NCBI RefSeq assembly: GCF_020745735.1
Contig: NC_083416.1
Location: 79,943,131-80,007,130 of the forward strand
Length of the DNA stretch: 64,000 nucleotides
Reading direction: 5' to 3'
Origin: Hemiscyllium ocellatum
Taxonomy: Eukaryota
Part shown: piece by piece, positions 1 through 10,450 of the stretch
How the letters are laid out: every line of letters begins with the position of its first letter
Position numbering within the stretch: position 1 is the first letter of the stretch
The notes under the pieces: model-generated
Told to the model about the DNA's origin: nothing
The model's database searches: none
Seen by the model: only the letters and a program-made list of their open reading frames with translations
Program-made: the position numbers and the translations under genes

Positions 1-841
1 ACTTCTTGTTGTGGTGGCCGTACTGTCCTATTAAAAACATTCATCAAGTTGGGATTGTATTTTCTGGTGTTTCAAAGAAGTGACCTTATTCAAACTCACA
101 ATAAATTAAAAGTATGGATAGGATAGATTTACATTTAAACTTTATTGTCACGAGTACTCAAGTGCTAAAGTACCCCAGTGCTGTGAAAAGTTTTCAATGT
201 AGTCGCACACAGTGGTGCCATCTTAAATACAAGTACTTAGGTACAAAACTTAAGAACGAGGTTGGAAGAAATAAAGCGCTAAGTTAGAAGTAAAATATTA
301 CAGTCACTACATCATTGATGCAGCAGAGATGATTCGCCTGCATGAAGATCCTCGTACCATTACGCACAATTGGAAAAAGAAGGATAGGTTATGTAGGTCG
401 AAGATGAGGAGCTTTTCATGAAACAGTGAACCGTTGCTACACATAGGGCTGTGGAAGCTCAATCTTTAAAGATGCTTCAACTACGTTGAAACAACATTTC
501 GAAATGAATTCTAGTTACCAAAGGGATAGAGGCTGATTGGGGATAAATGAACAAAAGACGTTATTTAGTAATGAGCGCGTTAAATAACATGACAGGCATG
601 GCAGACTGAATGGCGGACGCTTGCTCCTATGTTTCTACTCTCCAATCATTCAAAATACAACATTGCGAGTGCTGTGCGTTCCCGACTGCGTTCTCCTTTG
701 AGGAACTGCCTGTTGCTATCTGCTGGCAGTGACCTCATCATTGTCGTCCACGTTGTCTACCATCAAGGTGGAACGTTGCGATTTTCCCTCGAATTCTCAG
801 ATAAAATCTGAACATTTATGATTCTTCATCCATTTTAATCA

Positions 842-1006
842 TCACCACAGACCCCAGGAATCCCATCCAGGACAAGCATATAAATAGAGAGCAGGAGACA
901 TCAGCTTCGCTTCACTTGGAGGTCGCCACTAATGATGTTACCTAGCCAGGTAATGAAACGTCTGGATATCAAACCTGCAGCTCAGCGAGCAAACCTACAC
1001 CCTAAA
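842..1006 (+). mobile_element. Penelope-like terminal fragment
   Basis: Matches the reverse complement of 7740-7815 (GATGTTACCTAG..CAGCTCAGCGAGCAAACCTACA); absent from the paralogous flanks of genes 3-5. Confidence 0.75.
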
Positions 1007-1720
1007 CACCAACGATTTTGGCAGATATGATGATTTTCAGTTCGCTATGATTGTTGAATCTGTCAATCATATTCTTTATATTTTAACACAGGACTTCCTT
1101 ACTTTCTCAGAACACAGACGTAAAGTTAATGTTCTGGTCTTGACAAAATGGCAGTAGAAATTTCAAATGTTAGGTGCAGCACACTTATGTATTGGGTATA
1201 CAGTTTCTTGGAGATGGTCAGGATGGTGCTGTTTGCTCCTGGAAGAGGGGTGATAGATTTACCAGAAATATATTCAAATGACATTCAAAAAGTAGGTGCT
1301 CGTGCGTTAAAAAAAACTGATTTCGACTGTTAAGCGAGAGAGGGAAAATAATGTTACCAATTGAGAGATTGTTATTGTCATTTTAAAAAATGACAGGAAC
1401 AGCATTTGGGAAATAATGTTGGCCTTTTCAAGTCCTAGGGATATCTGGAACATTTTAGAATCACTATATTGTATTTAAGGCCTGGCAGTTTTGTAAAGTT
1501 GATAACCTAGTACCAATTTAAATTAAATCGTGGAATGACATTATATGGACTAAACATGGCCAATGATTGGTGGCTAGAATGATATAACTATGAGACAGCG
1601 CATGATTCCAATACACCACAATGTAAATAAAACCGAACTGTAAAATCGTTTTTGTCCGGACATTTTCAATTGTACACTTGTAATTTGACAAGATCTCCCA
1701 ACGGTTTAGCTTTAAGAATG

Positions 1721-1767
1721 GTTGCAGTTATTGGGGGAAACTCTTCGTGTCGCTGTCTACCAATAAG
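1721..1767 (+). promoter_or_regulatory. Pcdh conserved sequence element (CGCT box / CTCF site) plus CCAAT, gene 1 promoter
   Basis: TGCAG at 1723, GTGTCGCTG with CGCT at 1751 (28-nt offset, like CTCF upstream motif + core), CCAAT at 1760. Confidence 0.88.
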
Positions 1768-1969
1768 AATTCGAGACGTTGTGAGAGATCGACCGCCTCC
1801 TCCGTTAGACAAACAGAACGAAAAGGATAGTCGGTTTGTGCGTTGCTCGTCTGCAGTCACAGCAATAACGCTTCTCCGGTGGTATACCTGCGGTTATTAA
1901 CTTCATAAAATAAGATATTAATACGCAGCTAGCTTTTTTTTCTGTCAGAAGCAACGCATCAATATCACA

Positions 1970-4360
1970 ATGTCGACTCCACTGATTAGCCAGGTTTCCA
2001 TCATTTTTTCGCTATGCATTTCTGACCTGGTTTCCGAAAAGCTTCGCTACTCGATTCCCGAGGAAATGGAACGTGGAACCTTTGTTGGCAACGTCGCTGA
2101 CGATCTAGGATTAAAGGTTTGGGAATTATCAAGTCGCAAATTTCTGCTGATTTCTGATTACTCGAAGCAATTCATAGAGGTAAATGTAGAAAATGGTTTC
2201 TTGTTTGTTAATGAAAGAATCGACAGAGAACAGCTTTGTAGCAAAACCGCTGCATGTTCTCTCTTTTTCCAAATCACGCTTGCTGATCCTTTGGAAGTGT
2301 ATCCCGTTGAAGTGGAGATACGAGACATAAATGATAATTCACCCGTCTTTTCCAAAAAGGAATTCGATTTGCAAATCAATGAATTAAACGCGCTGGGAGC
2401 ACGTTTCCTTCTCGAGAGCGCGCGTGATCTGGACGTGGGTACAAATACAATCAACACATACCAGATCAGTCCGAACGAGCACTTCGGTATTAAAGTGCAG
2501 ACAAGAAGAGGTGGCAGTAAAAATGCCGAGCTGGTATTAAAGAGGTCTTTGGACCGTGAACAACAATCAATATTTACTCTGGTATTGACGGCTATCGATG
2601 GTGGGATTCCGCAGAGATCTGGCACAGCGCGGATCATCGTTAATGTCATGGACGCAAATGATAACTACCCCGTATTCGATCATGAAACTTACAGGACGTC
2701 AGTGCTAGAAAACATCGCGAATGGCTCTTTGGTGTTAAGGGTTCATGCTACTGATATAGATGAAGGAACAAACGCAGAGGTAACATATTCTTTCACACAT
2801 CACGTTAACCAAAATATTCGCGACTTGTTCAAATTGGACCCTGTGACTGGAGAGATTAGAGTTCAAGGAGTAATAGATTTTGAAGAAACAAATGCATATG
2901 AATTTGACATCCTGGCGGTGAATTCCGCTCCACCTGAATTGTCAGCCCATGCAAATGTTGCTATCGATGTCATTGACACTAATGATAATTGCCCTAACCT
3001 GCAAGTAACAATACTATCCAGTGCTGTGCAGGAAGATGCTGCTTCGGGGGTTAGTATAGCTCTGATCAGCGTAACGGATCGCGATTCTGGAGAATATGGG
3101 GAAGTTCAGTGTCAGATTCCAGACAGTATTCCGTTCAAGATCGAAAAATATCTGAAGGGCAACTACAAATTGATTACCGATGGCTTTCTGGATCATGAGA
3201 TTACCCCACTGTACAATATCTCCGTTTCAGCCTGGGACGGTGGATTTCCACCTCTTTCAATTAGTAAATCCATTGTGGTTTCAGTTATTGATGTAAATGA
3301 CAATGCACCTATATTTACTCAATCATCATATAACGTGTATCTGATGGAAAATAATACTCCCGGTGCTTCTATATTTGCTGTTAGTGCAAATGATGCTGAT
3401 TTGAATCAGAATGCGGAAGTATCTTATTCCATTTTAGACGATCAAAAGCACGAAATACCTTCTTCCGCGTACATCACGATTAACTCCAAAACCGGAAACA
3501 TTTACGCATTGCGCTCCTTCGACTATGAGCAACAGAAACATTTCCAGGTGGCAATTCAAGCTCAGGATGCTGGATCACCTCCACTGAGTAGCACTACCCT
3601 TGTAAACGTTATTATCCTGGATCAAAATGACAATGCACCCATTATTATTTCACCTTTAACTTGGAACACATCAGCAACAGTGGAGATCCTGCCCAAAGCA
3701 ACATCTCCAGGATACCTGGTCACCAAGGTACTTGCGTCTGACAAAGATTCTGGTCAGAACGCAAGGCTTTCCTACCAGTTATTGGAAGCCACTGACCCTG
3801 GCCTTTTTACTGTGGGACATCTCTCTGGAGAAATCAGAACAACACGAGCATTTAGTGATCAAGATATCAGTACAGAAAGATTGGTCCTCCGTGTGAAGGA
3901 TAATGGACAGCCAAGTCTTTCAACTACAGTTGCAATCTCATTTACCTTAATTACCAACGTAACTGAGAAATCGTTTGAACAAATTGATAAGCCTAGAAAA
4001 CTGGAATATTTTTCTGATATAAACAGCTACCTAATCATTATATTAGGATCAATTTCCTTTTTATTTCTCATGCTCATTGTTTGTTTGCTCATCCTGAAGT
4101 ATAGACAAGATAGAAATATTGCTGAAGATTACAGCCCCACTGTTTGTTGTTATCGTCAGGGTAATTCAGATGATGGCTTGAGTCGACCAACAGGACGCCA
4201 TCCTTTGAGTTATAGCGGGACCGTTCAGACTGAAACTTATCATTACAGTGTGTGTTTGTCACCAGAATCATCGAAGAGTGACTTTCTCTTTTTGAAACCT
4301 TGTCATCCTACGTTGCCTTTCAATGAAATGGTTGATCATGACAACAACGCAATGAACTAA
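1970..4360 (+). CDS. Clustered protocadherin variable exon (gene 1): signal peptide, 6 EC repeats, TM, cytoplasmic tail
   Basis: 796-aa intronless ORF with RYSIPEE start, EC1 C-X5-C (CSKTAAC), five DxNDNxP linkers, LDRE/DYE motifs, TM YLIIILGSISFLFLMLIVCLLIL and tail motif VCLSPESSKSDFLFLKPC; CSE 219 nt upstream. Confidence 0.97.
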   Translation: MSTPLISQVSIIFSLCISDLVSEKLRYSIPEEMERGTFVGNVADDLGLKVWELSSRKFLLISDYSKQFIEVNVENGFLFVNERIDREQLCSKTAACSLFFQITLADPLEVYPVEVEIRDINDNSPVFSKKEFDLQINELNALGARFLLESARDLDVGTNTINTYQISPNEHFGIKVQTRRGGSKNAELVLKRSLDREQQSIFTLVLTAIDGGIPQRSGTARIIVNVMDANDNYPVFDHETYRTSVLENIANGSLVLRVHATDIDEGTNAEVTYSFTHHVNQNIRDLFKLDPVTGEIRVQGVIDFEETNAYEFDILAVNSAPPELSAHANVAIDVIDTNDNCPNLQVTILSSAVQEDAASGVSIALISVTDRDSGEYGEVQCQIPDSIPFKIEKYLKGNYKLITDGFLDHEITPLYNISVSAWDGGFPPLSISKSIVVSVIDVNDNAPIFTQSSYNVYLMENNTPGASIFAVSANDADLNQNAEVSYSILDDQKHEIPSSAYITINSKTGNIYALRSFDYEQQKHFQVAIQAQDAGSPPLSSTTLVNVIILDQNDNAPIIISPLTWNTSATVEILPKATSPGYLVTKVLASDKDSGQNARLSYQLLEATDPGLFTVGHLSGEIRTTRAFSDQDISTERLVLRVKDNGQPSLSTTVAISFTLITNVTEKSFEQIDKPRKLEYFSDINSYLIIILGSISFLFLMLIVCLLILKYRQDRNIAEDYSPTVCCYRQGNSDDGLSRPTGRHPLSYSGTVQTETYHYSVCLSPESSKSDFLFLKPCHPTLPFNEMVDHDNNAMN

Positions 4361-4390
4361 TCTTTGCAGGCAATTAGATGCTCTGCGTGA

Positions 4391-4399
4391 CAGGTAATA
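4391..4399 (+). other. Putative 5' splice donor downstream of gene 1 stop
   Basis: CAG|GTAATA, GT at 4394, 33 nt after TAA; same position in genes 3-5. Confidence 0.6.
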
Positions 4400-5319
4400 C
4401 TTGCTGGCGAACAATTACTTACTCTGTGCTCATTTGTAGGTTAAACGTCCTGCTCACGCATTATTTAGTTGGTACTGCAAACATTAATGTACTCCAATTA
4501 ACAAGTACCCTTTGCCCGCTCCAGATGCATTCAATTACATTTATGCTTGTGTAAAAGTACAAAATTTAGAGCCATATTCTTAACATGAATGTTAAAATTC
4601 AATTTTGAACTTTTATTATTTATGGTTTGAAACAAAGAATTTCTGTATATTCATGTGCATGCAGTTAAATAAGGTAATGAAATCAAGTAATTGTGAGATG
4701 TTCTGAATTCCTCCCTGGAGTATTTCAGTAGTCTAAACTCATTTATTTTGAACAATCCCTATTTGTCCCAAAAAACCTGAAATTTCACATTAAACGATTA
4801 ATATATAAATGTTGTGACGAAGCCTGGGTTCAAGTCTGTGAAACAGTGATGGTTGCTAGTTGGATTTTTTTTTTGTTTTCATACAATTTGCATTAAATTG
4901 TCAGCTGTTGTGCATTTCGCTGTCTTCTCATCCGTTCGTTCTTCGAACGTCTGATGGATTTGCTTAGCCACAAATAGCTGCACACTCACCAAAGATGTTC
5001 AGTTATTATAATGTCGAGCCTTTAGCTGGCATTATGAAACGTTTCACTGTTACATTGTAAACCCATGAAGAAGGGAAAGTCTATTCTTTTCTCCAACATC
5101 AAAGTCTTAAGCAATGCTTAAACATGCTACTTATACAGCTATAACCCAATAATTTATTATTTCTGTAACATCAGCCCCAGACAATCTAAATAATGTCCTC
5201 GGCTCAGAGATCTTCATTTGCTTCATTAACATATCTCCCTCTTGGATAAATCCAGAAGTGGGTACGTTTGCTAATGTTTGTGCAAATTTCAGCACATTTC
5301 TGAAGTATACCTGGCACCG

Positions 5320-5740
5320 AAGTGGTCCATGCCCATCTGCAGAAAGACTTGGACAACATCAATTCTTGAACTGATAAGAAGCAAGCATGATTACACAACA
5401 CATACTATCGTCAGCAACTATTTCCAACAAGAGAATATCTAACCATGTAAACTTGAGTGGCATTGCATCACTGAATAACTCCACAATCAACAACCTGCAT
5501 CTTAGTATTGATTTGAAACGGAATTGATCAAGCTATAAAAAGACTGGTTTCAAGAACAGATCAGGCCTATGAATACTGCAGCAAGCAATTCTACTTATCC
5601 TCTCCCCAGAGCCCATCCAACATCCACAATGCACAAGTCAGGAACATGATGAAGTACTGTCTACACTGGTGCATAAGTGCAGCTCCAACAATATTCCTAA
5701 AGCAGCATAATTGATTCCCACCTTAGTTTCCACCTTCATT
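5320..5740 (+). mobile_element. L2/Crack-like LINE RT C-terminal fragment
   Basis: LQKDLDNI at ~5337 and a decayed AQVRNMMKY near 5630. Confidence 0.5.
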
Positions 5741-6299
5741 CCCCGTTGGGAGTATTCTGCCAGCAGGCTTTTCATACTTTCATGCGACACGGCCGTCATT
5801 GGAAAGTCAACATTTATTGCTCACATCTGATTACGCTTGAGAAGGAGGTTCTAAGCTACGTTTGTCAATTGCTGCAGTAATTTTGATGTAGTTGCACTGC
5901 AATGAATTGGAAAGGAACCTTGTAGCCACCATATTTATGTGACTTGTTCTGTTTTGATTCTGGTCAATGATACCCCCAGTATGTTGGCATTCCGGGCCTA
6001 GTGGACTGTAAAGCTGATTACGAGGTTCGATCTTGCTGAAGGTTGTCATGAAGGATTTGGATTTAACACTTGGGGCTTAACGATCAAAGCATATAGGTGA
6101 AATAAACAGGAACAGAGTATTGTGTTGCATGATCAGTCATTATCATAATTGATGGCAGAAAAATCAGGATAAAATTTCTGATAAGTTATTCCTACTCCTC
6201 GTTTCCTACTTTCTGTTGTCATTGTTAGTACAGTGTCGACCGAGAGGTCAGTCCACAAATTCTCCACCTCTTATTGTACTTGGGCATGGACAACTTCAC

Positions 6300-6650
6300 T
6301 ATCTGAGACATTGTGAAGGCACTAATGATTGTGTAATCATCAAAGAGCATTCACAATTCTGATCTTAAGATGGAGGGATGGTGATTGATGAAGAAGCTGA
6401 AGATGGTTGGTTCCAGGACAGCACAGTGAAGAGTTACTGAACTGTTGTGCTCGAATTGAGCTACCACAACCGTGCAACAACTGCAAGCATGTTTATTTGT
6501 TCCAGGTATGACTAAAATCAGTGGGCAGTTTCTCATTACTCCTCAATAGTTTTAATTGTACGATAACAACTTGATGTCACAATTGTTCAAGTGCAGCCTG
6601 GTGTAAAATGGCATAATTCCCAGTTCAACTCTGAAATTCAGTATTTACAT
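6300..6650 (-). mobile_element. L2/Crack-like LINE RT fragment
   Basis: Minus ORF VLEPTIFSFFINHHPSILRSE resembles QGSVLGPxLFxxFINDLP. Confidence 0.55.
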
Positions 6651-7735
6651 CTATAGAATGCAATGCACTAATGAAAAATGCCTTCTTCGCCAACACTTTC
6701 CACCGCATCATTCCTACGACTCAGAAATGGAAGGATGGCAGATCCATAGGGCAAGCATCATGAAGAGGATCAACTCGAAACCAGACAACATCCTAACATG
6801 AACCTCATATCCATTTCTTCATTTTTGCTGTGCCACAATACCTGACATTCCCTTATTCACAACACTGTGGATGTACATCTCCAATGACCGCAGAGTAGCA
6901 GCACAACGTGCAGTCTCCTCAGTCCAGGAGCCGAGAGATCCTCTACTCCGTTAAATTACTTGTTTATTTAATGCTTCCATTTATTATGGTACCTTATCTT
7001 CATTTAATGACTTGGCACAGGCCCAGCAAACACGTGGCGTTTGGAAGCCTGGAATAATAGGATCGATATGGCACCTGGCAGACCTGTCTTCTGGTTTCGT
7101 GGTCACCACGTGAGGTGGTGGTAAACAAGAGGGATAGTCTCAGCCTTGCATGACGGTCTTGTCCCGACATAGATATCTTCTTCCGTGGTATTCCAACAGC
7201 TGTCAAGAAGTCACAGCGTGGAGGTCTGGTCCAAGCCTTGATGTCTCGTCTCGGAATGGTAGGGCTGCGTCGTCCAAGTGTGGCCTTCTTGGCCCAGCCA
7301 AGTGTGGCTGCTTTGGATTGGCTTTTCAGCCTAACCAAGAACCGTTTATTGAACAGAGGTGAACTTTTCTTTTATTCATGTTTATAACTTCTGACATTAA
7401 TTTCGGTTGGTGATATGGCAACTTATAAAACTTTTCACAGTAGTCCTTTTTGAAAAATTCCCATGACGATAAATTGTTATTCAATTCGATTCTACATCTA
7501 CTTCATCAAGTGCAACAGTTCAACGATGGACCTGTACACCACTTTCTCAGCGATTGTGTGGGTAGTAAATCGTGACTTAACCATGAACAGTCACATTCTG
7601 TGAATTAACAAATGAAGTCAAAACATGCTCAATGCAATGGAGATTGATGCGTCTGTGCTCCATATGCAGTATGTTCAGAAATTCTTCGAAACCACGCAAT
7701 GAAAGCTTAGCGGAAAAGTTTGGAAATTGTTGATT

Positions 7736-8720
7736 CATGGATGTAGGTTTGCTCGCTGAGCTGGAAGGTTCATTTCCAGATGTTTTGTCACAACACTAGG
7801 TAACATCTTCAGTGAGCTTCTGCATTCCAGTCGGAATGTCATGCTTCTGGGAATTTTCGTGCCTGTCTCTGTTTGCCTTGTCCTAGGATGGATGTGTTGT
7901 CCCAGTCAAAGTGATTTACTTCCTCATCCATATGTAAGATACTAATTAGAGTGGGTCATGCCATTATGTGACGAGTTGATGTTCGTGACATCCTGGTGGC
8001 AGGTTTTCTGCCTGTTTGTCCAATGTAGTGTTTTACAGTTCTTGCAAGGTATTTTTTAAATGACATGAGTTTTGCTTGTCGTCTGTATGGGGTCTTTCAA
8101 GTTCATTAGCTGCTGTTTTGGTGGGTTTGTGAGCTACCGCGATGTCAAGGGGTCTGAGTCGTCTGGTATTCATTTGTGAGGTGTCTTTGATGTAGGAGAG
8201 ATTGGCTAGGGTTTCTGAATGTGTTTTGCCTGCTTGTTTGAGTTTTTGCTTGTATGTCAGCAGACTGTGTTCATTTGGTACCCGCTCTTTTTGAATGTAC
8301 CGTATAGGTGATTTTTTTTCCTCTCTGCTCTGCATAGTTCTTCTGTGCTGCAGTGTGTGGTGGCTCGTTCAAATACTTTTCTAATGCAGCTTTGTTTGCC
8401 GATGTTGGGATGATTGATTCAGTCATTCCATATTTAGGCTGTATGCGTTGTTTTCCAGCAGACACTGGTTTGAAATTCCCCATTAGCTGTTTGATCTACT
8501 GTAACATCTAGGAATGGCAGTTTGTTGTTGTTTTCATTCCCTGTAATGAATTTTATGTCAGTAAAGGTACTATTGATGGTCTTGAAAGTTTCATCTAGTT
8601 TGTTTCATTTAGGGATGATAAAGATGTCATTCACGTCGCGGACATGATGTTTGGATTGGGTAGTTGGCAGAGCTGTTTGTCTGAGTCTTTGCATTAGTGC
8701 CTCAGCCAAGAACCCTGATG
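7736..8720 (-). mobile_element. Penelope-like retroelement fragment (RT C-terminus + GIY-YIG endonuclease + 3' end)
   Basis: Minus strand VRDVNDIF (YVDD relic), LPFLDVTV, YIKDTSQMNTRRLRPLDIAVAHKPT, KHYIGQTGRK; end CCAGCTCAGCGAGCAAACCTACA shared with 978-998. Confidence 0.85.
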
Positions 8721-10019
8721 TCGATTCATATTGCATTTCATAAACCTGAGCATCACATCTTGGCTGGCATGACCGTTCAGTGCAGAAAGAACGCAGAACT
8801 GTTGGAAATGTAGCTTTAGGAAAGATGTTTTAAACTGAATTCCTGCCTACCCTGTCAGGTGTTACAAAATATTTCATCAACATTCTTTCAAAGAAAATAG
8901 AATGTCTGCATTACCTTTCATTCCTCAATATATATGTAATTAAAACAACATAGATTAACTCAGTCTTAACCTGATTCTGTTCCTTAATTACCACATTTAG
9001 TAAAATTGTATTGCTATCTTGAATTCAATAACTGCTTACTTTAAAGCTGATTTAGGGGCCACAGGGCCATGAAATAGACTGCAGAATTCCAATTCTTCTT
9101 TTGTAATAGCGGCTGGTTCCCTGAAATTCCAGCTTTTTAAAAAAAAAACAATGAAATATCTTCCACATAAAATGTCTAATTTTTATAATTTGGTGCTTGC
9201 TATTGATGGAATGAAGTAATTCATGCCTACATGCCAAGGCATTTCATTTCATAAAGTTGGCAGGCTGTACCACTCTCTTCGCACATATTTTTGAGAGAGA
9301 CCAAATGTTTCTTCTCTTTCTTTTTCAGACATGTGGATTGTTATGCTTTAAACTTTTAGCAGCCTACCACGAGCTGTCCAGAGATGGACAGAATAGAAAA
9401 AAAATCTGTTGTTGAAAACAAATGAATAAACATAGTAATTCTTTCTGATAAATCCTAATCAGCTAAAATCAATACCACTTTTGTTCAATTCAAAAGCCTT
9501 TCCTGGGACTATATGAACAGATAGTCATTAGGTAATCACATCTGCATTGTTACGTGAGCTGCAAGCATAGTGACATCGGGAAAACATCGACCCAAAACCC
9601 GACGAACGTTGGCCCAAATATTTGTGTTGGTGAAATAGGGTTTGAACATGGATCACTCTCGCAATATTGAAAAGTGAGTTCAATATCTTCAGGCTAATAT
9701 TCGCTTGAACAGTGCTTAGGTTAATTTTCTAGTGAGCTGCATAACTAGGATGGAAGATGACTTGAGCTGTGGGAATATTTAGTAGACTAAATCAAGAAGA
9801 TAAGACAAAAAAAAAGCAAAGTAGGAATGAGAGCAAAGTTGATCAATATGAGTGATAGGTAACAAATGGGACACAAAACTAATGGAGATTAGGAAAGTCT
9901 GAAATTAACAAATCAAGGTCACAGTATTTGAATGGATTTGGCATATTCCTGGAGATTTGGAAGCTCAGTATTAATATTACTGGACTCAAGTAAATCAAGC
10001 AGCACAAGATAATATTTTT

Positions 10020-10450
10020 TGCAACAAAAATAGGAATTATTAGAAAATCTCAGCCAGACTGCAACATCTGTGAAAAGAAAGCAAAGTTAACACTTTGGGG
10101 TCCACTAATACATCTTCAGAACGTTCTCGTTTCTAGATAAACTAATTCTTCTTCCTGATTTCTAATACCCAGGTCATTGTATCTTCATATATTGATGTCA
10201 GTCTAATTAACAAAATTACACTTCTATTTCGTCCTGGTTTTCTGCGCTTCTTAAATGTTTTGTTTGTTGTTAATACACAAATACAAATTTTGCCATCTTG
10301 TCGCCATCTTGCATTTCTCAAGGAGGGTACTGGATCCGAAATTTTAAGTCTGTTTTCTCTCAACAGACCCTGCCAGACCTGTTGAGTTTCTCCTGCATTT
10401 TCTGCTTTTATGTTGGATTTCCAGCATTGGCAGTTCTTCATTTTGTTCCA
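10020..10450. mobile_element. Inverted pair of short Penelope-like terminal repeats
   Basis: The left arm (aaaatctcagccagactgcaacatctgtgaaaagaaagcaaagttaac) is roughly the reverse complement of the right arm (aagtctgttttctctcaacagaccctgccagacctgttgagtttct); similar elements at ~24905-25090, ~39920-40100 and ~55285-55465. Confidence 0.5.

Larger units (their letters stand above)
1..4440 (+). repeat. Older, diverged paralog of the same unit (upstream flank + gene 1)
   Basis: About 75-830 aligns to ~27490-28280 and ~42360-43140; about 1005-1970 aligns to ~43570-44550; homology ends shortly after the post-stop donor. Confidence 0.8.

Noticed and set aside
1652-1900. ORFs spanning the CSE (also 44258, 59635, 40094, 55534)
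   Set aside because: They reflect conserved or duplicated promoter DNA, several with non-ATG starts and inconsistent lengths.
2580-2630. Exonic second CTCF site like the mammalian Pcdh-alpha eCBS
   Set aside because: No convincing core match by eye; needs a PWM scan.
2158-2649. Recurrent antisense ORFs inside the Pcdh exons (also 29568, 30436, 44952, 60330 etc.)
   Set aside because: Shadows of the sense codon pattern in duplicated genes; lengths vary and there are no recognisable domains.
7000-7370. 112-aa minus ORF as a host gene or constant exon
   Set aside because: Wrong strand for a constant exon and probably a decayed LINE segment; not supportable.
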